From positions 89,053-153,052 of the forward strand of contig NZ_BJXB01000015.1 in NCBI RefSeq assembly GCF_007990775.1: DNA of 64,000 bases, given 5' to 3'. The first letter of the stretch is position 1; every line of letters starts with the position of its first letter. The position numbers and the translations under genes were made by a program. The stretch comes from Deinococcus cellulosilyticus NBRC 106333 = KACC 11606 (lineage in GTDB: Bacteria; Deinococcota; Deinococci; Deinococcales; Deinococcaceae). Under the pieces are notes generated by a model. The model was not told where the DNA came from, searched no databases, and worked only from the letters and a program-made list of their open reading frames with translations. Positions 37,204-46,814 of the stretch are shown piece by piece.

Positions 37204-38856
37204 ATGAGTAAGATTTCACGCCGCAACCTACTGAAGATTCTGGGTCTGGGAAGCGCTGTCACCGTGACCGGAAGTGCAGCCAGAGCACAGACCGCCACCT
37301 CTGGCAAAGTCACCCTTTTCACCTTCCTGCACTCCAACGACACCCACGACCACCTGGAGCCCACCACCGTCACCGGAACCGGACCCGACGGCAAGGCGTT
37401 CAGCGTGCAATACGGTGGGGTCGCCCGCGTCAAAACCCTCATCGACGAACTGAAGCGCCGCTCCATCAACCCGGTCATCCTGGATGCCGGAGATGTGTTC
37501 ACCGGAACCCTCTATGGTCAGGTGTACAAAGGCCTTGCTGACCTGGCCTACATGGAAGCTTTTGGCACCCAGGCCCAGACCATCGGCAACCACGAGTTCG
37601 ACAACGGTCCTGCACAGCTTGCCGATTACATCAAGAACGCCAGTTTCCCGGTGGTGTCCGCCAACATTGACGCTTCCGGTGACGAAAAACTCAAGGGCCT
37701 GATCAAGCCCTACACCATCGTCCAGACCGACAACGGGCCTCTTGGTGTGATCGGTGTGACCACCCCGGACACCCCCATCACTTCCAGCCCCGGAGACACC
37801 GTCAAATTCCTGGACCCCCGCGAAACCGTGCAGAAAGCTGCCGATGAACTGCGTGCCCAGGGCATCAACAACATCGTGCTGCTCTCCCACCTTGGGTACA
37901 GCGTGGATCTTGCTCTCGCGCCACAACTCAAAGGCGTGGGTGTGATCATCGGTGGTCACAGCCACACCCCCCTCGGCAAGTACGAAGGCCTCGGACTCCC
38001 CGCCTCAGAAGGGCCCTACCCCACCGTGCTGCAGGATGCCAGTGGCAACCCCATCCTGATTGTTCAGGCCTGGGAATGGGCCAAGTTCTACGGCTCCCTG
38101 CGCGTGGGCTTCAACGAAGAAGGTGTGCCCCAGACCTGGGTCGGCAAAGTTTACCCCGTCACTGCAGACTACAAGAACGACATCCGTCTGCAGGCCACCA
38201 TGCGTGCTTTCCAGCTTCCCCTCGAAGCCTTCCGCAAGACCCCCGTGGGCACCGCTGCCGTCAAACTGAACGGCGACCGTCCAGACGTGCGCAAACGCGA
38301 GACCAACCTCGGCAACTTCATCAGCGACGCCTACCTGTGGGCCACCCAGAAGTATGGCACCCAGATCGCCCTGATGAACGGCGGGGGCATCCGGGCCAGC
38401 ATCGCCGCAGGCACCGTGACCAACGGGGACACCATCACCGTGCAGCCCTTCGGCAACACCGTCTACGTGATGGATCTGACCGGCCAGGAAATCATCGCTG
38501 CCCTGGAAAACGGGGTCAGCGACTGGGCCAACGGAGCAGGTCGCTTCCTGCAGGTGGGCGGCATGCGCTACAGCTTCGACCCCACCAAGGCCGCAGGAAG
38601 CCGCGTCCTCAGCGCAGAAATCAAACAGGCCGATGGCACCTTCAAAGCCATTGACCCGGCAGCCACCTACAAAGTGGTCACCAACAACTTCATTGCGAAC
38701 GGTGGGGACAACTTCGCTGTGCTGAAAAACGCCAGAGGGTTCCGTCAGGACACCTACCTCACCGACTACGTGGTGGTCAACGACTACTTCGCTTTCGTGA
38801 AATCTGCCAACCCTGTGGTGGAAGGTCGCATCACGATTGTGAACGAACCCAAGTAA
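37204..38856 (+). CDS. Bifunctional metallophosphatase / 5'-nucleotidase (UshA-like), Tat-secreted
   Basis: Tat signal SRRNLLKILGLGSAVTVTGSAARA, calcineurin-like N-domain (NDTHDH, GNHEFD), and a 5'-nucleotidase C-terminal domain. Start chosen inside track ORF 37024..38856. Confidence 0.8.
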   Translation: MSKISRRNLLKILGLGSAVTVTGSAARAQTATSGKVTLFTFLHSNDTHDHLEPTTVTGTGPDGKAFSVQYGGVARVKTLIDELKRRSINPVILDAGDVFTGTLYGQVYKGLADLAYMEAFGTQAQTIGNHEFDNGPAQLADYIKNASFPVVSANIDASGDEKLKGLIKPYTIVQTDNGPLGVIGVTTPDTPITSSPGDTVKFLDPRETVQKAADELRAQGINNIVLLSHLGYSVDLALAPQLKGVGVIIGGHSHTPLGKYEGLGLPASEGPYPTVLQDASGNPILIVQAWEWAKFYGSLRVGFNEEGVPQTWVGKVYPVTADYKNDIRLQATMRAFQLPLEAFRKTPVGTAAVKLNGDRPDVRKRETNLGNFISDAYLWATQKYGTQIALMNGGGIRASIAAGTVTNGDTITVQPFGNTVYVMDLTGQEIIAALENGVSDWANGAGRFLQVGGMRYSFDPTKAAGSRVLSAEIKQADGTFKAIDPAATYKVVTNNFIANGGDNFAVLKNARGFRQDTYLTDYVVVNDYFAFVKSANPVVEGRITIVNEPK

Positions 38857-38980
38857 CATCTTGTGTCCATGGGCCGTTCCCCTGCGGGGGAACGGTTTTT
38901 GTTGACCGGGGTTGCTGAGGGCCAGCCCCTCAAACGCCCACCCATGTCCCCCTCTGTAGGGGCGGGCCGCTGGCTCGCCC

Positions 38981-39376
38981 TTATTGCAAGGAATCCAACC
39001 CCCACAACCCCCGTGATGCCAGTTCCACCAGATTCCCACTGGGATCGTAGAACAGGAGGGAATCTCCTTTGAGGCCCCCCCAGCTGTAGCGGGTCACTTC
39101 AAAACCAGCAACTTCCAGACGGGCCTCCCAGAAGTCCAGGCGGTCCTGCTCCATTTCAAAGCAGACATGTCCTCCGGGCCTGACCCCATGGGTGGGCAGG
39201 GTGCCTGGCCTGAGGGATTCTTCGGGGTTGAACAGCAGGAGCATGCCGTTGCCTGCCTTCAGGAAAACGTGGCGCGGGAGTCTGCGGGAGTGCACCTCAA
39301 AACCCAGCAGGCCACAGTAGAACGCTTCTGCTTCCAGCAGGTCATGCACATACAGGCAGGTTTCGAGAATGTTCAT
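38981..39376 (-). CDS. VOC-family (glyoxalase/bleomycin-resistance fold) protein
   Basis: 131 aa with the beta-alpha-beta-beta-beta module pattern (LGFEV..., HVCFE...). Confidence 0.65.
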   Translation of the reverse strand: MNILETCLYVHDLLEAEAFYCGLLGFEVHSRRLPRHVFLKAGNGMLLLFNPEESLRPGTLPTHGVRPGGHVCFEMEQDRLDFWEARLEVAGFEVTRYSWGGLKGDSLLFYDPSGNLVELASRGLWGLDSLQ

Positions 39377-39462
39377 GTGGGTCTATTGTATAAAAGTCGC
39401 ATAAAACAGATGCCTGTTTCTGAAGCGCAGGAACACTTCTTCCTCAGCTCTCGTACCATGAA

Positions 39463-39972
39463 ATGGAGGGTTCCATGATTTTCTGGCTGTGTTTGCTCAT
39501 TGGAGGTGCATTGATTCTGGTTTCACTGCTGTTCCAGCATGACAGCACGGTGGACGCGGGTTCTCCAGACCTGCATGATGTTTTTTCCTGGCTGAACCTC
39601 AGGGCTGTGGTGTTTGCTGTGGCTTTTTTTGGTCTGGGGGGCGTGATTGCGTCCCGTCTGGGCCTGAACATGGGGGGACAGTGGGTTTTCGCCCTGATCA
39701 CGGGCCTGAGTGTGGGCATCACCACGGCCTGGCTTTTCCGTTATGCCAGACAGCAGGAGTTCAGTGGTCAGGTGGGTGATCTGGTGGGACGCACCGGCAA
39801 GGTGATCGTTCCCCCGAGGCCCGAACATCCCGGCAAGGTGATGCTGACGGTTTCCGGTCAGGTCACCGAATTTCACGCCCACTCGAGTGACCTCTTGCAG
39901 GTGGGTGAGCCCATCATCGTGGTTGGGGTGGAACAGGGTACATTGAATGTCAGGCGCTGGCATCAGATCTGA
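39463..39972 (+). CDS. NfeD-family membrane protein (partner of flotillin)
   Basis: N-terminal TM segments plus a C-terminal OB-fold-like soluble domain. It lies immediately upstream of the flotillin gene. Confidence 0.7.
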   Translation: MEGSMIFWLCLLIGGALILVSLLFQHDSTVDAGSPDLHDVFSWLNLRAVVFAVAFFGLGGVIASRLGLNMGGQWVFALITGLSVGITTAWLFRYARQQEFSGQVGDLVGRTGKVIVPPRPEHPGKVMLTVSGQVTEFHAHSSDLLQVGEPIIVVGVEQGTLNVRRWHQI

Positions 39973-40005
39973 CCTGAACAGCGTGACAGCATTGAGGAGG
40001 ATTCA

Positions 40006-41310
40006 ATGAACAATCTGGATTTGAGTTCGCTGCTGGTGATCGTGGGTCTGGTGGTCATCGCAGTGGTATTTGTGGTCATTCTGGTCAAGAATTTTCTGAT
40101 TGTGGTGCCCCCGAACCGGGTGCTGGTGATTTCAGGTCGCCGCACTGCCCAGGAGGGGGGCGATTCGGTGGGTTACCGGGTGATCCGTGGGGGGCGTGCT
40201 TTCCGGGTTCCAGTGCTGGAACAGATCAACTGGATGGACCTCAACACCATCCCACTGGACCTCACCGTGCAGAATGCCTACTCCAAAGGGGGCATTCCAC
40301 TGACTGTGCACGCTGTGGCGAACGTCAAGGTCAATGCCAGAGAGCCTTACCTCTCCAATGCCATTGAGCGTTTTCTGGAAGTGAAACGGGAGCAGATCAC
40401 CCAGATCACCAAGGACACCCTGGAGGGGAACCTCCGTGGCATCATCGCCACCCTGACCCCCGAGGAGATCAACGAGGACCGCCTGCGCTTCGCAGAAGCC
40501 CTGATCGAAGAGGCTGAGCACGACATGCACAAGATCGGCATGCAGCTCGACACCCTCAAGATCCAGAACGTCTCGGATGAATCAGGATATCTGGATTCCA
40601 TCGGTCGCCGTAGAACTGCCGAGGTTCTGAAAGAGGCCCGCATTGCCGAGGCCGAGCGCAACGCCGAAGCCACCCAGGCCGAGGCGGGTGCACAGCAGCG
40701 TTCCCAGGTGTCCCAGGCCCAGGCGCAGCAGGCGATCATTGAAGAGCAGAACAAACTCAGGGTCCGTACGGCCGAACTGAATGCCGTTGCTGTTGCCAAG
40801 GAGAATGAAGCTGCAGTGGCCGGGGAACGGGCCCGGGTGATTGCCGAGCAGGAACTGGAGCACCAGCGGATCGTGCTGAACCAGAAGCGTCTGGAAGCCG
40901 ACGTGATCACCCCTGCCCGTGCACAACGCGAAGCCAGCCTGCTGGAAGCCCAGGCCGATGCAGCCCCCATCATCGAAGAGGGCCGTGCCAAGGCAGAAGC
41001 GTTCCGTTTGCTGGTTGAAGCGTTCAATCAGGCGGGAGTTGCAGGAGAGCGCGCGTTCATCCTCAACATGATGCCCACCCTGGTCAAAGAGATGGCCGAT
41101 GCTGTGCGCAGCGTCAAGATCGACAAACTCAACGTCATCGATTCTGGCAACGGTGAAGGCTTCAATTCCACCCTGCACAACCTGCCGAAAGGCATCCTGA
41201 GCCTGCTGGATCAGGTGGAGACCACCACCGGAGTGGACCTGCTCTCCACCTTCAAACGCAGTGCAGAGCAGCACGAAGCCCGGACTGAAGGCAAGCAGGA
41301 CCATGCATAA
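40006..41310 (+). CDS. Flotillin / SPFH-domain protein
   Basis: N-terminal TM anchor, SPFH domain, and a long Ala/Glu/Gln-rich coiled-coil flotillin region. Confidence 0.85.
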   Translation: MNNLDLSSLLVIVGLVVIAVVFVVILVKNFLIVVPPNRVLVISGRRTAQEGGDSVGYRVIRGGRAFRVPVLEQINWMDLNTIPLDLTVQNAYSKGGIPLTVHAVANVKVNAREPYLSNAIERFLEVKREQITQITKDTLEGNLRGIIATLTPEEINEDRLRFAEALIEEAEHDMHKIGMQLDTLKIQNVSDESGYLDSIGRRRTAEVLKEARIAEAERNAEATQAEAGAQQRSQVSQAQAQQAIIEEQNKLRVRTAELNAVAVAKENEAAVAGERARVIAEQELEHQRIVLNQKRLEADVITPARAQREASLLEAQADAAPIIEEGRAKAEAFRLLVEAFNQAGVAGERAFILNMMPTLVKEMADAVRSVKIDKLNVIDSGNGEGFNSTLHNLPKGILSLLDQVETTTGVDLLSTFKRSAEQHEARTEGKQDHA

Positions 41311-42472
41311 AATCTTGCTGATTTCGGCTGCGCTTGCTGGAGTGTCTTTTGCCCAGTTCACCCAGGCGGTGACCCCCGAGCAGGCCCTTGCCAGACTGTT
41401 CACCCAGGGGCCCATCAAGCCCGAATGGTTTGCACCAGAGGTTCTCAAGCAGGTTCCACTGGCCCAGATTCAGGCGGTCATCACCGGAATTGCCCAGCAG
41501 GGAGGGGCTTTCCAGAAAGCGGTCCCTGCAGGGCAGGATTTCACGCTGGAATTCGAGAAAACCCTGGTGACAGCCACCCTCCGACTGGACGCCCAGGGCA
41601 AGATCACCACCCTGCTTTTCAAGGCGGTGAAGCCCAGGGTCAAGGACCTGAGGGAAGCCATGAAAGGCTACTTCACCCTGCCAGGAAAATTCAGTGTGGT
41701 GGTCATGAAAAATGGGCAGGTCCTTCAGCAGGCTGGAGTCACAGAGCCTCTGGCGGTGGGGTCCACTTTCAAACTTGCGGTGCTGGCTGCCCTTCAGGAA
41801 CAGATTGAGGCAAAAAAACTGGGCTGGGACACGGTGGTCACCCTCGAACCCCAGGACATCAGCCTGCCCAGCGGTCAACTGCAAGACTGGTATCCCGGAG
41901 CCCATTTCACCCTGGAAACCCTGGCAGGCCTGATGGTCTCCCAGAGCGACAACACTGCAACAGATGCACTGATTCGCATTCTGGGCAGGGAGGCCATTGA
42001 AAAATTTCTGCCTGCAGCCAATCAGCCCCTGCTGACCACCCGCAATCTTTTTGCCCTGAGAGACGCCGCAAACAAGTCCGCACTTGAGCTCTACCTCAAA
42101 GGGGATGTGGCCGCAAAGCGTGAGGTCCTGAAGCAACTCGACCAGATCCCGGCGCAGAAGATCCAGTTCTCAGGCACCCAGGGAGACCTGCGGGCCGAGT
42201 GGCTCCTCACCCCCACCGAGGCCTGCACCCTGATGTCAAAAGTGCAGAACCTGAAAATCACCCAGATCAATCCGGGTGTGGTCAACCCTGCAGACTGGAA
42301 GCAGGTCAGTTACAAAGGCGGCAGTGAGGTGGGCGTGCTGAACCTGACCACCGCACTGCTGGACCAGGCAGGCAACACTTACTGTGTCAGTGCCACCTGG
42401 AATCACACCCAGGCCATCGATGACAGCAATTTCATCCAGCTGTACATGAATGTCCTCGGCAGTCTGGAGTGA
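41303..42472 (+). CDS. Secreted class-A beta-lactamase-related serine hydrolase with an N-terminal extension of about 120 aa
   Basis: Signal peptide MHKILLISAALAGVSFAQ, motifs STFK (SxxK) and SDN, and a KGG-type KTG-box variant. It overlaps the flotillin stop by 8 nt. Confidence 0.65.
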   Translation: MHKILLISAALAGVSFAQFTQAVTPEQALARLFTQGPIKPEWFAPEVLKQVPLAQIQAVITGIAQQGGAFQKAVPAGQDFTLEFEKTLVTATLRLDAQGKITTLLFKAVKPRVKDLREAMKGYFTLPGKFSVVVMKNGQVLQQAGVTEPLAVGSTFKLAVLAALQEQIEAKKLGWDTVVTLEPQDISLPSGQLQDWYPGAHFTLETLAGLMVSQSDNTATDALIRILGREAIEKFLPAANQPLLTTRNLFALRDAANKSALELYLKGDVAAKREVLKQLDQIPAQKIQFSGTQGDLRAEWLLTPTEACTLMSKVQNLKITQINPGVVNPADWKQVSYKGGSEVGVLNLTTALLDQAGNTYCVSATWNHTQAIDDSNFIQLYMNVLGSLE

Positions 42473-42482
42473 ATCCATCTTC

Positions 42483-42515
42483 AGAAGACCCCGCATGTGC
42501 GGGGTCTTTTTGTTG
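42483..42515. terminator. Hairpin terminator between the convergent hydrolase and repeat-protein genes
   Basis: GACCCCGCA-tgt-GCGGGGTC followed by TTTTTGTTGTTTTC. Confidence 0.65.
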
Positions 42516-42526
42516 TTTTCTGCGTC

Positions 42527-43018
42527 TCAGGAGGTGTAGCTGGCACTGGAGCTCGAATAATTCTGCTGATCGTCCTGCAGCACCTTGAAGGCCACTGTTC
42601 CCAGCAGGGCCAGCAGTTCTGCAGGCACATTGCCCTGAATCTCAAGGTCCTTGCCCTCGACCTGACCACCGATGCGTCCAGCAAGCTGATTTCCCTCGGC
42701 ACGGAAGTTCAGGTCATATCCCAGCGAGGGGCCTCCGAACCTTCCAGTGATGTGCTGGCCTTCAATATCAAAAAGAATGTCCTGTCCAATAAAATTTCCT
42801 CCCAGACGTCCTTCGCTGTGTCTGCCCAGCTGGACATTCACATCAAAACCATCGCTGCTGCCACCAATGCGGCCTCGCACCGTCTGGTTTTCAATGTTCA
42901 GGAGGATGTTCTTGCCAATCTGGGCTCCACCGATGCGTCCACGTACCAGGGGAGGGGTGTATGTGGCCTGGATGTCATATCCCACACTGCTGCCACCAAT
43001 GCGTCCCTGTATTTCCAT
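42527..43018 (-). CDS. Gly-rich tandem-repeat protein (six 22-aa repeats, GR[IFL]GG...G.D...) of unknown function
   Basis: Repeat units are read directly from the translation: GRIGGSSVGYDIQATYTPPLVR, GRIGGAQIGKNILLNIENQTVR, GRIGGSSDGFDVNVQLGRHSE, GRLGGNFIGQDILFDIEGQHIT, GRFGGPSLGYDLNFRAEGNQLA and GRIGGQVEGKDLEIQGNVPAELL. No signal peptide. Confidence 0.5.
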   Translation of the reverse strand: MEIQGRIGGSSVGYDIQATYTPPLVRGRIGGAQIGKNILLNIENQTVRGRIGGSSDGFDVNVQLGRHSEGRLGGNFIGQDILFDIEGQHITGRFGGPSLGYDLNFRAEGNQLAGRIGGQVEGKDLEIQGNVPAELLALLGTVAFKVLQDDQQNYSSSSASYTS

Positions 43019-43150
43019 GACACCAGTTTACGGTTTGAACCGTCTACATTGTTACACTTTTATCACATTTGTATGGGCATTGAACCTGTATGTGTTGTTG
43101 CCTGACACAACAAAAGAGGGGAAGCCAGACTTCCCCTTTATGCATGTCGT

Positions 43151-43990
43151 TCAGCCTTTTTTGCGAGTCTCGGCCAGTTTCATCCAGTCCTGGGGGGAAA
43201 GTTCATCCAGGATGTTGAATTCTCCGGCATTCCACACGCTTTCTCCACCATCAATGTGGATCAGGTCTCCGGTGATGAAGCCTGAGAGGTCGCTCAGCAG
43301 GTAGCTTGCAAGGTTGGCCAGTTCCACATGGTCGCCATAACGCCTGAGTGGGATGCGGCTCTTGAGTTTTTCGCCGAACTCTTCAGAGGGGAGAAGCCTT
43401 TCCCATGCCCCTTCGGTGGGGAAAGGACCGGGAGCCACAGCATTCAGGCGGATGCCGTATTTGCCCCACTCTGCAGCCAGAGATTTGGTCAGGGTTACGA
43501 CCCCTGCCTTGGCAACAGCACTGGGCACCACATAGCCACTGCCGCTCTGCGCGTAGGTGGTGGCGATGTTCAGGACCACGCCGCCACTTTTGCGGGCAAT
43601 CCAGCGTTTCCCGAGTTCCAGGGTGCAGTAGAAGGTCCCATGCAGCACGATGCCCAGCACGGCGTCCACAGCACGGTGGGAGAGCATCTGGGTGGGGGAG
43701 ATGAAGTTCCCTGCAGCATTGTTGACCAGGGCATCAATGGGCCTGCGTTTTTCGATGGTGTCAATGACTTCCGTGACCTGCTCGGGGTTTCTCACATCAC
43801 AGGTCTGGTAGAAGACAGGCCCAAGATCTTTGAATTCCTCTGCCGTTTCTTGCAGCACATTTTCACGGCGACCCAGGATGGTGACTTCTGCACCGAGTTC
43901 CAGAAACCGCTTCACCATGCTTTTGCCCAGCCCACTGCCACCACCGGTGACCAGGACGTGCTTGCCTGCCAGCAAATCATTTTGAAACAT
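43151..43990 (-). CDS. SDR-family oxidoreductase (2,4-dienoyl-CoA reductase-like)
   Basis: TGGGSGLGK Rossmann motif and the YxxxK active site region. Confidence 0.8.
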   Translation of the reverse strand: MFQNDLLAGKHVLVTGGGSGLGKSMVKRFLELGAEVTILGRRENVLQETAEEFKDLGPVFYQTCDVRNPEQVTEVIDTIEKRRPIDALVNNAAGNFISPTQMLSHRAVDAVLGIVLHGTFYCTLELGKRWIARKSGGVVLNIATTYAQSGSGYVVPSAVAKAGVVTLTKSLAAEWGKYGIRLNAVAPGPFPTEGAWERLLPSEEFGEKLKSRIPLRRYGDHVELANLASYLLSDLSGFITGDLIHIDGGESVWNAGEFNILDELSPQDWMKLAETRKKG

Positions 43991-44064
43991 GTCTTTCTCC
44001 TTGTGTTTTTCAGTGTACCCAAATTTCTGTACTGAGTCAAAAATTAAGACGGGGGTGAGGGGTG

Positions 44065-44093
44065 TTGACAGTGCACTAGTAAACTAGTACACT
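44065..44093 (+). promoter_or_regulatory. Near-consensus sigma-70-type promoter (TTGACA-17-TACACT) with an embedded inverted-repeat operator
   Basis: TTGACA at 44065-44070 and TACACT at 44088-44093. Between them lies the inverted repeat GTGCACTAGT-aa-ACTAGTACAC (9 of 10 matches). It sits 26 nt upstream of the ABC ATPase start. Confidence 0.5.
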
Positions 44094-44118
44094 AAGGCCA
44101 TAGAAAGAAGGAGGAGAA

Positions 44119-45012
44119 ATGAGCATCCTTGCCATTCAAGATTTACACAAGACCTACGGAGCCCGCCCCGCCGTCCAGGGCGTCAACATGAAAATTGGCA
44201 GCGGCCAGATCTACGGATTTCTCGGCCCCAACGGAGCAGGAAAAACCACCACCATCCGCATGCTGCTGGGCCTGATCCGTCCCTCCAGAGGCAACATTCA
44301 ACTCTTTGAACAACACCTCAACCGCCGTGCCCTCACCAAAGTGGGAGCCATTGTGGAAGCCCCCAGTGCCTACGGTCACCTGACCGGCAAAGAAAACCTG
44401 CAGGTGGTGGCCCGCCTCAGGGGCATGAGCGAACGCCGCATCCCTGAACTGCTGGACTATGTGGGCCTGAAAGACGCCCAGAACCGGGTGGTGCGCGGTT
44501 ACTCGCTTGGCATGAAAGGCCGCCTCTCCATCGCCGCAGCCCTGATGGGTTCCCCTGAATTTCTGGTCCTTGATGAACCCACCAACGGCCTTGACCCCAA
44601 CGGCATCCGTGAAGTGCGCGAACTGATCCAGTCCCTGCCCCAGCGTGGCATCACCGTGATGGTCTCCAGCCACATCCTCTCCGAAGTCGAACAGATGGCC
44701 ACCCACGTGGGCATCATCCACCAGGGCATGATGCGCTACGAAGGGGCCCTGAAAGACCTGCAGAACCGCTCCAAACCCACCCTGCGCATCCGGGTCAGTG
44801 ATCCAGAAGTGGCTTTCAGCAAACTGCAAATGTCCTACCCCCAGGCCCAGCTTTCTGAAAAGACCATCGAACTCCCTGCCGATCCTGAGAAGGCCCCTGG
44901 CATCATCCGCGAACTGGTGCAGCAGAACTTCGATGTGTACAGCATCACTCCCCACCAGGCCACCCTCGAAGACCTCTTCATGAACATCACCAGCAAGGAG
45001 CGTGCACAATGA
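44119..45012 (+). CDS. ABC transporter ATP-binding protein (ABC-2 / bacitracin-lantibiotic-export type)
   Basis: The Walker A GPNGAGKTT, signature LSLGMKGRL-type and Walker B LVLDEP motifs support the call. Confidence 0.85.
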   Translation: MSILAIQDLHKTYGARPAVQGVNMKIGSGQIYGFLGPNGAGKTTTIRMLLGLIRPSRGNIQLFEQHLNRRALTKVGAIVEAPSAYGHLTGKENLQVVARLRGMSERRIPELLDYVGLKDAQNRVVRGYSLGMKGRLSIAAALMGSPEFLVLDEPTNGLDPNGIREVRELIQSLPQRGITVMVSSHILSEVEQMATHVGIIHQGMMRYEGALKDLQNRSKPTLRIRVSDPEVAFSKLQMSYPQAQLSEKTIELPADPEKAPGIIRELVQQNFDVYSITPHQATLEDLFMNITSKERAQ

Positions 45013-45725
45013 TCGGTTTGCTGCAAGCAGAAGCCCTGAAATACCGCCGGACCCCCACTTTGCTTCTCTCCATCGGTGTGCCCATCGGACTGGGCCTCCT
45101 GATCTGGGCGGTCTTGACCTTCGGCAGTGGAATGAGCAGCCTGAAAGGGCCTGCCGGATGGAAAATGCTCGGAGAATTCATGACCCAGATGTGGATGCAG
45201 ATGGTGCTTCCCTTCGGTGCAGCCATCATCAGCTCACAGGTGTGGGGTCTGGAAACCCAGGACAACCACCTCAAACACCTGCTGGTCCAGCCCATCACCC
45301 GCACCCAGGTGTACTTCACCAAACTGATTGCCCTGATTGCCCTGATCGGCCTTGGCATCCTCGTGATGGGTCTGGTTTACCTCGGAATTGGCGGCATCCG
45401 TGGCTTCGGTGAGGGCCAGCAGGTGCTCACCCTCCTCAAGAACCTCGGCCTGACCGGTCTGGTGGCCCTCCCCCTGGTGACCCTGCACCTGTGGATCAGC
45501 ATGCGCGTCAAGGCCATGACCCTCAACATCTCCCTGGCCGTGCTTGGTGTGATGGCCGCAGGATTCGCCGCTGGCAGCAAGTTCTGGTACTACATTCCCT
45601 GGACCTACGCTCCTGCTGTGCTGAGCCCCAAGTTCCACGACATGGCCCTGATTCTGGGTGGCAGCGTGACCCTGGTCCTGATCCTCCTCAGCGTGCTGGA
45701 CTTCCGCAGAAGAGACCTGCACTGA
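45009..45725 (+). CDS. ABC-2 family transporter permease
   Basis: Six TM segments. It overlaps the ATPase gene by 4 nt. Confidence 0.75.
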   Translation: MIGLLQAEALKYRRTPTLLLSIGVPIGLGLLIWAVLTFGSGMSSLKGPAGWKMLGEFMTQMWMQMVLPFGAAIISSQVWGLETQDNHLKHLLVQPITRTQVYFTKLIALIALIGLGILVMGLVYLGIGGIRGFGEGQQVLTLLKNLGLTGLVALPLVTLHLWISMRVKAMTLNISLAVLGVMAAGFAAGSKFWYYIPWTYAPAVLSPKFHDMALILGGSVTLVLILLSVLDFRRRDLH

Positions 45726-45774
45726 CCTTCAAAACTCCCCTCCTCCTTGAATGATTGACAACCCATATATGAAT

Positions 45775-45807
45775 CCCCGAGAGTGAATGGCTCTCGGGGT
45801 TTTTCTG
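45775..45807. terminator. Bidirectional hairpin terminator
   Basis: CCCCGAGAG-tgaatgg-CTCTCGGGG followed by TTTTTCTG. Confidence 0.65.
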
Positions 45808-45815
45808 TCCCAAAA

Positions 45816-46220
45816 TCAGACGTGCTGACGGGGTTTTCTGCTGGCAAGCCACGCACCACCTGCGGCAATCAGGAACAGCACCCACTGTCCCAGCATCAGG
45901 AAATCCTGGGTGCTCTGGTGCCAGAGGGCAAGCTGCAACAGCCAGGAAACCGCGTAGAGCAGGCACAGGCCACTGACCACCTGGTACAGCACAGTGGCTT
46001 TCGGAAACCTCAGGCTGGCAAAGATCAGACCTGCAGCAAGCACCAGCAGGTCCACCGTGACCAGATGGAAGGCCCCCACTTTCATCAGCCAGTTCTGGTG
46101 CCCGGCAGGAGATGATGGCTGGAACTGCAACACCTCCTGTCCTCCCATGAACACATGAATTCCAAAAGCGAGCAGAAAGAACAGACCTGTGAAAAGGGCA
46201 TAACCATTTAAACTTTTCAT
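45816..46220 (-). CDS. Small membrane protein of unknown function
   Basis: 134 aa with four hydrophobic segments. Confidence 0.45.
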   Translation of the reverse strand: MKSLNGYALFTGLFFLLAFGIHVFMGGQEVLQFQPSSPAGHQNWLMKVGAFHLVTVDLLVLAAGLIFASLRFPKATVLYQVVSGLCLLYAVSWLLQLALWHQSTQDFLMLGQWVLFLIAAGGAWLASRKPRQHV

Positions 46221-46232
46221 GAGTTACTCCTT

Positions 46233-46733
46233 TCAGTGGGTGGAGAGGGCTCCGGCACGAATCATGTTGTTGACCACCACATGATGGAAAGGGGAAATTA
46301 CGGCGTAATACAGCCGCCCGGTCCAGTGGTGGTATTCAATCAGGGTGTAGAGCTGGATGGTGTCCTGCTGTTTTTCAACTGCAAGGTAAGCCGTCAGGTG
46401 TCGGTCTTTTGCCGCCGAGACCCAGAGGTTCCCCTCCGCATGCATGACGGTGAAAAAGGCAGCTTTTTTGCCTTTCACAAAAGGAACGTCTTTTGCAGAG
46501 ATAGGCTGCATCTGGACAGCACCATGTCCCTTGAGGCCAATCAGGGGAACCAATTGGCCTCGCAGCCAGTACAGAAAGGTCAGCCATGCCGGGGAGTAGG
46601 AGAAGCATCCAGCGATGAATTCCCTGAGGGGTTTATGGGTCTTCACCCGCTTCACCTCGATGTAATCTGCCTTCTGAATGAAGGGGAGAAGTCCCTGGGG
46701 GTACTGCCCTGGCCGGTAACGGGTCTGGATCAT
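46233..46733 (-). CDS. Hypothetical protein of 166 aa
   Basis: Good ORF with no recognised motif. It lies downstream of the TetR regulator gene in the same orientation. Confidence 0.45.
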   Translation of the reverse strand: MIQTRYRPGQYPQGLLPFIQKADYIEVKRVKTHKPLREFIAGCFSYSPAWLTFLYWLRGQLVPLIGLKGHGAVQMQPISAKDVPFVKGKKAAFFTVMHAEGNLWVSAAKDRHLTAYLAVEKQQDTIQLYTLIEYHHWTGRLYYAVISPFHHVVVNNMIRAGALSTH

Positions 46734-46814
46734 CTGCGTTCCTCCTGTGAAACTCTGTTGAGATCACTCTGTTGATGGGCACTCTCAGAAATCAGGTGTT
46801 GTCGCCTCTGCCGC

